Assembly: GCA_903871875.1 (NCBI GenBank)
Contig: CAIQIR010000096.1
Location: 46,185 to 70,184, forward strand
Source of the DNA: an uncultured Schlesneria sp.
Lineage (GTDB): Bacteria; Planctomycetota; Planctomycetia; Planctomycetales; Planctomycetaceae
Direction of reading: 5' to 3'
DNA length: 24,000 nucleotides
Part shown: in pieces, positions 8,311 to 15,421 of the stretch
How the letters are laid out: each line of letters begins with the position of its first letter
How positions within the stretch are numbered: position 1 is the first letter of the stretch
Translations under genes and position numbers: made by a program
The notes under the pieces: model-generated
Seen by the model: only the letters and a program-made list of their open reading frames with translations
Database searches by the model: none
What the model was told of the DNA's origin: nothing

Positions 8311-9300
8311 CTAGCGGGCAATCTTGCCGGGCGCCGAATCTGACAACACTTGGGTCAGTCGTCGTCCACCGGTTTCGCGGGCGGGATTCGCTCGTGCCTG
8401 GGGCTCGGCGGGACGCGCTGGTGGCGCATTTCGTCTGGCCGGAATGAATTTTTTGGGACCGTCCGTTTCATCTGCCGACGGCGGTTCATCGGACAAATCT
8501 GACGAGGATTCGCTCGCTCGTTCCGATGGCGGGAAGGTCAATGGCGCGGGATTTCTTGCAGGCACCGAATTGGTCTCGTCGTTGGGCGGCGCCAAATCGG
8601 TGGCCACGTCGGTCTGTGTCGAAGCCGGTTCTGCTGTCGGAACATCCTGTTCCAGCTCGATCCGTACCCGAGCGGAATCGTGCTTCACGGCCGATTCTGA
8701 GCGAGGCCGTGGGATGCGCAGTGTCATCCCCAGTTTCAAATCGTTCGGGTCGTTCAACTGGTCCTGATTGGCTTCAAACAGTTCATGAAACCGACTGGGA
8801 TGCCCCAGCATCTTGGTGGCGATCGACGTTAGTGTTTCGCCTTTTTGAACCACGTATGTCCGGCCATCCCCGGTGGCCCCATCCGGCTGTCGACCTGCGC
8901 GATCGGTCGTCGAATCTTGATCGCGAGCAGGAATACTAAGAACCGAATGATCGTTGGGGACCGTGATCGGTGCCAGTTCCTGAACGTCGCTGTCTTTGTC
9001 GGTAAATTGACCGCGTGGAACACGTTCTCGCGATGTCTTGCTGACGGTGGAGTCGAGTGGATCCCAGGTCGATCCTTGATCAATCGTTCGTGTGCGGCGT
9101 CGGTCGGAGGCCTCAACTGCTTCGATCCCTTTCAGGTAAGGGCGAGTCGAACGTTCGGCAATCCGTTCATCCAGTTCTGCGGCATGATGCAGACGAGGGG
9201 CGTTCGAAACGGTTCGCGTTTCGTTGCGAAAGAAAAAGGCAGCGCAGGCACCGACGAGCAATACGCCGAGTGCCAATCCGATTCGCTGATCCTGGTGCAT
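8311..9300 (-). CDS. LysM peptidoglycan-binding domain protein, single-pass membrane-anchored, with a disordered C-terminal tail
   Basis: LysM motif YVVQKGETLTSIATKMLGHPSRFHELFEANQDQLNDPNDLKLGMTLRIP. N-terminal TM segment IGLALGVLLVGACAAFFF directly after the ATG at 9300. The ORF stays open to 9423, but that extension is Arg/Cys-rich and unlikely to be coding. The tail is Pro/Ala/Glu-rich. Confidence 0.8.
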   Translation of the reverse strand: MHQDQRIGLALGVLLVGACAAFFFRNETRTVSNAPRLHHAAELDERIAERSTRPYLKGIEAVEASDRRRTRTIDQGSTWDPLDSTVSKTSRERVPRGQFTDKDSDVQELAPITVPNDHSVLSIPARDQDSTTDRAGRQPDGATGDGRTYVVQKGETLTSIATKMLGHPSRFHELFEANQDQLNDPNDLKLGMTLRIPRPRSESAVKHDSARVRIELEQDVPTAEPASTQTDVATDLAPPNDETNSVPARNPAPLTFPPSERASESSSDLSDEPPSADETDGPKKFIPARRNAPPARPAEPQARANPARETGGRRLTQVLSDSAPGKIAR

Positions 9301-9883
9301 CACGATCTCCCGACAAAATCTGCAGTTGTTCGCCGTCCGAGCAGGACGGTGAACGATCGTCGTTTCCCGTTGGTCATGCCGGCATCGGACGATGGCGACG
9401 TTGACCGACGCGATTCCTGTCATCTCCTTACGGACCGATGATCACGTGCGGAAATCGGTTGCCGCCGGCCGCCCTGCCTGTCGCAACACGCAAACGCTGA
9501 TTTCCACATGTGTCACCCGCAAACTTTCTCAAGCCTGCGCGGTGCATCGTCACATTAAGGATGGATCATGCCGATCAGACGTGCGGTAAGAACTTGTTGA
9601 AAAATGGCAACATTCCGCGATCGCCCCGAATCTGTGATCAATTTTCGGATGGTTCGCAGAATGCCGAGCGGACGGATCCTGACGATCGTTCCGAAGTTGC
9701 TGGTGCGGACCAATGAACCCTGTGGCGAGCGGCGTGCTTCACTGGGCGTTCCCAGCGGAGGAAATCGATGTTTGCGACGGGATCCGGATCGTCGCTCACG
9801 AGTGACGCTTACAGTGCACCCCGGCGTTCGTTAATCTTGCGTCTGAACACGATTGGTCTCCGTTCCAGAAATGGAATTATCAC

Positions 9884-12094
9884 TTGAACACTGTTTCCGC
9901 TGCTGGTTCGTTTCCCGACGGCTGGTCGGCCGTCGAGTCGTCGCTCCGACAGCCGCTGATGTCCCGTCTCGCCGAGGGCGAGACGATCGTCGCTTTCATG
10001 AAATCCGACATCGATCATGATCGCTTCTACCGTACGACACTGCTGGTCCTGACAAATCGGCGGTTCCTGAGCCAATCTCAGTCCAAAGAGAATCAGGAAT
10101 GGCCGCTGGCGGACGTCGACAAACTCAAAACGAAAGATCGGGCGGGGCTGGGAACGCTAGAACTGCTTGGTCTGACGGAACGTCTTGCCGTCTGGCACTA
10201 CACGATCGCGCAGGGACCCTCCGCGTTGATCATGGGTGATCGGTTCGAGGACCTGAAAACCAATCGAACAGCGTCCAAGCCGGTGGAAGAAGAGGACGTT
10301 CCCAAGGCCGAAGAGCACGAGCCACCACCGGACACGGCATCATTGCTGCGACTGTGGCAGTTCGCGCAGCCGCATATTGGTTGGATGCTGGTGGCGCTGG
10401 CGATGTCGCTGACGGCGTCGATCGCCGAAGTCAAAACGATCGAGATGACGAAGCCACTCGTCAAATTATTGGCCTCTCCCCAATCGAGCGAGGCCGCTCT
10501 ATTCGATCAGGCCCGTTACTACCTGGGAATCATGTTAGGCGCCGCGGTTGCGGCGTGGGTGCTTGGTTGGGGGCAGGGGGCGATTCTGGCTTGGGTCAGC
10601 GAACGGGTGACGGGCGACTTGCGCCGACGAACCTATTCGCATCTGCAGAAATTGTCGCTGGAATATTTTGGTGGTAAACGGACGGGCGACTTGATGTCGC
10701 GAATCAGCAGCGACTCGGATCGGCTGTGTGCGTTCCTGTCCGACAGCATCGTCGATTTCACTGCGAATTCGATTCTGCTGGTCGTCGTCACGTATGCCCT
10801 GTTCCACGAAAATTACAAAGTGGCGCTCGTCGCCCTGTTGCCCTTTCCGTTCATCGTCTGGCTGATGTACTACGCACGTGACAAACTGCAGACCGGGTTT
10901 CAAGCCTCCAGTCGCGCCTGGGGAGCCATGTCCAGTGTCCTGGCCGACACGATTCCCGGGATCCGAGTCGTCAAAGCGTTTGCGCAGGAAGATCGAGAAA
11001 TCGAACGATTCTCGACCGCGAACGAATTGGTCGTCACGTCGAACAATCGCGTGAACGCGCTCTGGACGTTCTTCTGGCCCTTGATCACCTTTTTAAACCA
11101 CCTTGGCGTGTTTGTCGTGTGGGTCTGTGGTGTCTGGCTGATCGGCCGACGCGACAGCTCGGGCTTTGACGTCGGTGCACTCACTGCCGTGGTCCTGCTA
11201 AGTGAAAAGTTCTATAGCAAGCTCGAAATGATGAGTCGCATTGTGAATGCCTCGCAGCGTGCGGCGGCCAGTGCGCAGCGGATTTTCGAGATTCTGGATC
11301 GGGTCTCGAGCGTTCCGGAACCGGCCAAGCCGATTGTGATCGACAAGCTGCGCGGTCAGCTCGAATTTCGTCATGTCGGTTTTCGATATGGGAACCGGAA
11401 GGTCATTCGAGATTTTTCGCTGAAGATTGAAGCGGGCGAGATGATCGGCTTGGTGGGACATACCGGTGCAGGGAAAAGCACGCTGATCAATCTGGTCTGT
11501 CGGTTCTTCGACGTGGCCGAAGGCGGCATCCTGGTCGACGGTATCGACATTCGCAGCTTCAAGGTCGAACAATACCGCCGCAATGTCGGGATCGTGCTGC
11601 AAGATCCCTTCTTGTTCTACGGGACGATCGCCGAGAACATTTCTTACGGTCTGCCCAATGCGACCCGCGAACAAATTATCGAGGCCGCCAAGGCCGCCCG
11701 CGCTCACGAGTTCATCCTGCAATTGGCGGACGGCTATGACTCGCTGGTGGGAGAGCGCGGACAGTCGCTCTCGGGCGGCGAACGTCAGCGGATCAGCATC
11801 GCTCGTGCATTGCTGATCGATCCCCGGATCTTGATCCTCGACGAGGCCACTTCGGCACTCGATTCCACGACCGAACGGCAGATTCAAGAAGCGCTGCAGA
11901 ATCTGGTGCGTGGTCGAACGACGATCGCGATTGCCCACCGCTTAAGTACGCTGCGTCAGGCGAATCGCATCATGGTGATCGAACGAGGTCGCCTGGTGGA
12001 GATTGGGACGCATGAAGAATTGCTGAAAATGGATGGCGCTTACGGGGCGCTCCACAAAGCCCAGCAAGAATTGACCAAGGACATTGGCTGGTGA
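9884..12094 (+). CDS. Fused permease/ATPase ABC exporter (MsbA/type IV exporter-like) with a ~150-aa N-terminal cytosolic extension
   Basis: Walker A GHTGAGKST, signature LSGGERQRISIARAL, Walker B ILILDEATSALD, H-loop IAHRLST, and a six-helix ABC_membrane region from about aa 160. The start is uncertain: the ORF opens at a TTG at 9884 and the first ATG is at 9959. Confidence 0.9.
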   Translation: MNTVSAAGSFPDGWSAVESSLRQPLMSRLAEGETIVAFMKSDIDHDRFYRTTLLVLTNRRFLSQSQSKENQEWPLADVDKLKTKDRAGLGTLELLGLTERLAVWHYTIAQGPSALIMGDRFEDLKTNRTASKPVEEEDVPKAEEHEPPPDTASLLRLWQFAQPHIGWMLVALAMSLTASIAEVKTIEMTKPLVKLLASPQSSEAALFDQARYYLGIMLGAAVAAWVLGWGQGAILAWVSERVTGDLRRRTYSHLQKLSLEYFGGKRTGDLMSRISSDSDRLCAFLSDSIVDFTANSILLVVVTYALFHENYKVALVALLPFPFIVWLMYYARDKLQTGFQASSRAWGAMSSVLADTIPGIRVVKAFAQEDREIERFSTANELVVTSNNRVNALWTFFWPLITFLNHLGVFVVWVCGVWLIGRRDSSGFDVGALTAVVLLSEKFYSKLEMMSRIVNASQRAAASAQRIFEILDRVSSVPEPAKPIVIDKLRGQLEFRHVGFRYGNRKVIRDFSLKIEAGEMIGLVGHTGAGKSTLINLVCRFFDVAEGGILVDGIDIRSFKVEQYRRNVGIVLQDPFLFYGTIAENISYGLPNATREQIIEAAKAARAHEFILQLADGYDSLVGERGQSLSGGERQRISIARALLIDPRILILDEATSALDSTTERQIQEALQNLVRGRTTIAIAHRLSTLRQANRIMVIERGRLVEIGTHEELLKMDGAYGALHKAQQELTKDIGW

Positions 12095-12219
12095 GATCGT
12101 GAGAGCGGTCCGTCCACGAATCGTCGTGACGCCCGTGTGTGGATGTCGAACTGCCCGTTCTCTATCATGGGGCCTCAGTTTTTTCCCACGGACGGCCTGT
12201 CCCAAAACGAAAGTTGTGT

Positions 12220-12831
12220 ATGACGTCTTCTGCCGCAAATGAACCGATCGAACATGTCCTGGTGGTGCCGACTCAGTTGTTCCGCGAAATCGGATACTTT
12301 CAGGGGTTCAATTCGAACGTCGATCGCTACATCACGACGCTGCTCGATCCGGCCCACACCAGCTTTCGTCCTCGCAACGAAGTCGAAGAAGATCCCAGCT
12401 TCAAGCAACTGATCCCTTACTGCATCTTCCGCCATGCCGGGCAGGTGTTCTTTTATAAACGGGGTAAAAAGGGCGGAGAAGGACGGCTGCATAGCAAACG
12501 ATCGGTCGGGATCGGCGGTCACATTTCTTCGACGGACCAACTTTCTGGCGATCGTCGGTATTTGGAGGCGATGCACCGCGAAATTGAAGAGGAAGTCTTT
12601 CTAGAGTCAGGGTTTAAGGACAGTTGCGTCGGCCTGATCAATGACGACGAGACGCCTGTTGGCCAGGTGCATTTGGGGATTGTTCACATTTTTGACCTCG
12701 ACACGGCCAAAGTTCGCCCACGGGAAGAGTCGATCTTAGAGACAGGATTCGCACAACCCGCAGAATTGTTACAGGTCCTCGACCAATTCGAAACGTGGTC
12801 GCAGATTTGTCTCAAGCATCTGTTCGGGTAG
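12220..12831 (+). CDS. Nudix-like phosphoesterase of the COG4112 (MutT-family predicted phosphoesterase) type
   Basis: Sequence ...[55 protein letters not shown]...[10 protein letters not shown]...VHLGIVHIF. The Nudix helix REIEEEV is present, but the G-to-RE spacing is longer than in the canonical box. The ATG at 12220 (MTSSAANEP) is preferred over the upstream in-frame start at 12139. Confidence 0.7.
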   Translation: MTSSAANEPIEHVLVVPTQLFREIGYFQGFNSNVDRYITTLLDPAHTSFRPRNEVEEDPSFKQLIPYCIFRHAGQVFFYKRGKKGGEGRLHSKRSVGIGGHISSTDQLSGDRRYLEAMHREIEEEVFLESGFKDSCVGLINDDETPVGQVHLGIVHIFDLDTAKVRPREESILETGFAQPAELLQVLDQFETWSQICLKHLFG

Positions 12832-12984
12832 GTCAAAGCCGATTTTCGCCGGTCGGGCGGGACAAGATCGCGTTGATGGTCAATCAACGCCTCTTGTTCG
12901 AGAGTATTCGGATTCCGTATCCGGGCTCGACAACGGCGAATGATCGCGGAGCGATCAGAAACGGCAACGTCATATTTTGCGACT

Positions 12985-12991
12985 AAGGAGG
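12985..12991 (+). promoter_or_regulatory. Shine-Dalgarno sequence AAGGAGG
   Basis: A perfect AAGGAGG lies 8 nt upstream of the ATG at 13000. It is the strongest RBS seen in the window. Confidence 0.6.
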
Positions 12992-12999
12992 GTCAGACA

Positions 13000-13695
13000 A
13001 TGGCGATGAAATGGAGTCGGCGGTCAGTGATGGGTGCCGCTTTGGCTGCAGCGGTTCCGGCCGTTGCGGGAGTTGTCACCGCGGAAGAAAAGGCCGCGGC
13101 CGCCGCCAAGGGGAAGTTGACGGATCAGTCGCTGGGCGCGCTTTTGAAGGCGATGGGCTTTGACGCCAAAGCCGAAGAAAAGCGTTATGACTTCGCCTTT
13201 AAGGCGACGATCGAAGCCGAAGAATGGGATCTGTCGATGTCGACAGTGCTCAGCCAGGATTCGAGTTCGGTCTGGGTCATGGCTTGGCTGGATGAACTGC
13301 CGAAATCGGCGGCCGATGTACCTCGAACCGCGCTGCTGCGGTTACTGTCGGACAACGACAAGCTGGGCAAAGGCAAGTTCTTCACATACATCGCCGCCAA
13401 CCGACGATTCGTGCTGCAGCGCGTAATTCCCAACGAGAACATCACGTCAGAACGCTTCCGAGCTGTTCTGGATGACTTGGGACAATCGGTTGTCGCGACT
13501 CATCCCCACTGGAAAGTCGACAACTGGAGCTCGCCATCTGGTGATGATCCCGCTCAACAGGCGAAAACGGGAACCCAAGTGAAGGGCAGCGTCCCGGTCA
13601 GTCACTCGACGACCGCAGCAACTCCCAAGACGACACCGAAGCTCGACAAGACGGCCGTGAACGATTCCAAGTTCAGTTCGTCATCGAAGAAGTAG
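13000..13695 (+). CDS. Secreted hypothetical protein, possibly with a YbjN / T3SS-chaperone-like fold, with a Ser/Thr/Lys-rich tail
   Basis: The start has a strong RBS. Signal peptide MAMKWSRRSVMGAALAAAVPAVAGVVTAEE. The core (KRYDFAFKATIEAEEWDLSMSTVLSQDSSSVWVMAWLDELP...LLRLLSDNDKLGKGKFF...NRRFVLQRVI) loosely resembles YbjN-type domains. The fold assignment is by eye only. Confidence 0.65.
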   Translation: MAMKWSRRSVMGAALAAAVPAVAGVVTAEEKAAAAAKGKLTDQSLGALLKAMGFDAKAEEKRYDFAFKATIEAEEWDLSMSTVLSQDSSSVWVMAWLDELPKSAADVPRTALLRLLSDNDKLGKGKFFTYIAANRRFVLQRVIPNENITSERFRAVLDDLGQSVVATHPHWKVDNWSSPSGDDPAQQAKTGTQVKGSVPVSHSTTAATPKTTPKLDKTAVNDSKFSSSSKK

Positions 13696-13780
13696 GGACC
13701 GTCGTGAGAGTGCGACCGGAGAGGATTCTCGACGGCGATTCTTGAGCTGGCTCGTATTCTCAAGACCACAAAAAACAAAG

Positions 13781-13820
13781 GCCCGCTCACCAGTTATGGG
13801 AGCGGGCTGTTTTTATTTTG
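13781..13820. terminator. Rho-independent terminator, probably bidirectional, shared by two convergent genes
   Basis: Perfect 8-bp GC-rich stem gcccgctc (13781-13788) / gagcgggc (13800-13807) with an 11-nt loop. It is followed by tgtttttatttt on the plus strand and preceded by aaaaaacaaa, which reads as a T-run on the minus strand. Confidence 0.8.
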
Positions 13821-13849
13821 TGACGGAGCTTCAATGATGGGGAAACCTC

Positions 13850-14137
13850 CTAGCGTGGTTTGATTTGAGTCTCGCGATCCTTGCGGAACATCTCGTCCAA
13901 GACAACCGGGTGCCAGTTGCCGTCCCGTTGTTCGGCGGGTGCGTAATGCCGTCTGGCCCACGTCCGCATCTTCATTTCGTCGACCGGATCGACATCATGG
14001 CTACTGACCTGCTCGAGCATCACCAGCGCACTCACGATCTCCTCCTCCACCGCTGAAACGGCTCCGAATTGCGAAAGAACCGGACGACCGAACTCGTCCG
14101 ACGCCTCTGATGCTACAAAATTAAACAAATTTCGCAA
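13850..14137 (-). CDS. Small hypothetical protein (56-95 aa depending on the start)
   Basis: ORF ending ...VDPVDEMKMRTWARRHYAPAEQRDGNWHPVVLDEMFRKDRETQIKPR. The maximal ORF opens at a TTG at 14137 inside AT-rich, promoter-like sequence. A GGAGGAGGAG tract (14039-14048) precedes a GTG at 14035 and an ATG at 14020, which are the more likely starts. No family recognised. Confidence 0.45.
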   Translation of the reverse strand: MRNLFNFVASEASDEFGRPVLSQFGAVSAVEEEIVSALVMLEQVSSHDVDPVDEMKMRTWARRHYAPAEQRDGNWHPVVLDEMFRKDRETQIKPR

Positions 14138-14256
14138 GAAAAAATCTTTTGTCCAAATTTTTTTGTAAGGTAAATTTTGGACGCGGTCCCGGCCAATTTC
14201 CGCCGCCGGTTCCGATCGCCGCCGGAAAACTACGGAAAAATCCCGGTTCGGCGTAG

Positions 14257-15147
14257 TTAAGCCGCTCGCCGCACGGGAGTTGCGATTGCAACGAAACCGA
14301 CGCGACAGGTTTCCACCGCCTCCGACAGCGTGGTCGCAGGACGTCTGACGTGCAGCCGCGCTCCAAACGGAAAAGTCGCTGCGACCCGAATCTCAAGATC
14401 GGCACCGTCCAGGTCTTCCGTTGTGACCTCAGGGATGCTGTGTAACGGTGGGCAAAATGAAACGTGAACGGTGGCATCACGTTGCCCGGTGATGAAATCG
14501 ATCCGGACGCCCCCTTCAATGATTTCGCCTGCCTCGGTCTTCGATCGCGTCAGCCATTGCGTGACATTCGACGAGACGGTCTCTTCTTGTTCTTCCTGAT
14601 CGAATTCCGCTTCGGATTCCGAAATGTTGAACTCGTCTTCTTCTGCGTCGTTTTCTTCGCTCAGGCTGAGAGAAGAGGGCGCAGTCTCAGAATGACACAC
14701 CTCAACACGACTCGAAACATTGTCGGATGGCGACGCGATCGGCTTCGCGGTGGTGACCAATTGATTTTCCGCAGCGAACGAAGCGTCACCGGACATCAAC
14801 AAGATACAGACTGCGATCACGAGAATGAGCGTGACGACGACGATGGCTGAAACCGTCATCGCAGAGCCGCGCCAACCCAGCAGCACTGACCATCCCAAAG
14901 GGATGATGATGGCGATCGCGGCGGACACCGATTGTTGCCATTGAGATGACTGTTGTTCGACGGGCCGACTTCCACCGACCAGCAGCCACGCGGCAAAACT
15001 CGCGATCGAAACAAGTAGTACCAGACCGATCGTCATTGCCGGCGGAACCTCGGATGTGACGAGAGCCATCAGTGCCACCAGCAACGACCAGACTCCGACC
15101 GCCAGGGATCGTCGTGTGGCCAGCAAAGTAGGAGGGACCGGACTCAT
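14257..15147 (-). CDS. Hypothetical integral membrane protein: four N-terminal TM helices, an acidic linker and a ~100-aa C-terminal domain
   Basis: TM segments: LAVGVWSLLVALMALVTS, IGLVLLVSIASFAAWLLVGG, VSAAIAIIIPLGWSVLLGW, VSAIVVVTLILVIAVCILLM. Acidic stretch: SEENDAEEDEFNISESEAEFDQEEQEE. ATG at 15147 (a TTG at 15159 is also in frame). No family recognised. Confidence 0.6.
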   Translation of the reverse strand: MSPVPPTLLATRRSLAVGVWSLLVALMALVTSEVPPAMTIGLVLLVSIASFAAWLLVGGSRPVEQQSSQWQQSVSAAIAIIIPLGWSVLLGWRGSAMTVSAIVVVTLILVIAVCILLMSGDASFAAENQLVTTAKPIASPSDNVSSRVEVCHSETAPSSLSLSEENDAEEDEFNISESEAEFDQEEQEETVSSNVTQWLTRSKTEAGEIIEGGVRIDFITGQRDATVHVSFCPPLHSIPEVTTEDLDGADLEIRVAATFPFGARLHVRRPATTLSEAVETCRVGFVAIATPVRRAA

Positions 15148-15227
15148 GCAACACCTCAATCAAACATGTCGTTCGACACAAGTCGCCGAACGGTGTCAGT
15201 TTAGTTGAGAACGTCAAATTGCAGCGA

Positions 15228-15262
15228 GAGGAATCTTCTTCTCCAGCGGCAGAAGATTCTTC
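15228..15262 (-). other. Intergenic stem-loop with a 12-bp stem (one G.U pair) and an 11-nt loop
   Basis: gaggaatcttct (15228-15239) pairs with agaagattcttc (15251-15262); the core 9 bp gaatcttct/agaagattc is perfect. It lies between the GH144-like stop (15422) and the membrane-protein start (15147). No adjacent U-tract on either strand. Confidence 0.6.
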
Positions 15263-15421
15263 GGTCGGCGTTTCGAGCGGATTTCGCCAGCTATTGGCAG
15301 GCCCTGCGAAGGCCGGTCGCGACGATGGTTCGACTGGTGAAGCGTTCCTGGGGGGATGAAGTCGATCCGCACCTTGGCAATTCCAGTAACTCGTTTCTTC
15401 CAAGATCAGGGAACAAATCGG

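Noticed and set aside
9301-9423. In-frame N-terminal extension of the LysM ORF up to the ATG at 9423
   Set aside because: The extension (MTGIASVNVAIVRCRHDQRETTIVHRPARTANNCRFCREIV) is not protein-like. The ATG at 9300 is followed immediately by the membrane anchor, so I used the shorter model.
9597-9620. TTGAAA and TGGCAAC words resembling sigma-70 -35 or sigma-54 -24 elements
   Set aside because: No properly spaced -10 (TATAAT-like) or -12 (TTGC) partner is present. The evidence is insufficient to call a promoter.
9510-9834. Small plus-strand ORFs (68 aa and 76 aa) and a 10-codon ORF after a TAAGGA motif (9568-9600) in the long intergenic region
   Set aside because: Their compositions are Arg/Cys/Pro-rich, the AAGG lies too close to the ATG at 9561, and there is no supporting signal. 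I treat the region as non-coding and flag it for RNA analysis instead.
11198-11938. 246-aa minus-strand ORF inside the ABC ATPase domain
   Set aside because: It is codon-aligned antisense to a gene with complete Walker A, signature and Walker B motifs. The same explanation applies to 10535-10903 and 10900-11184.
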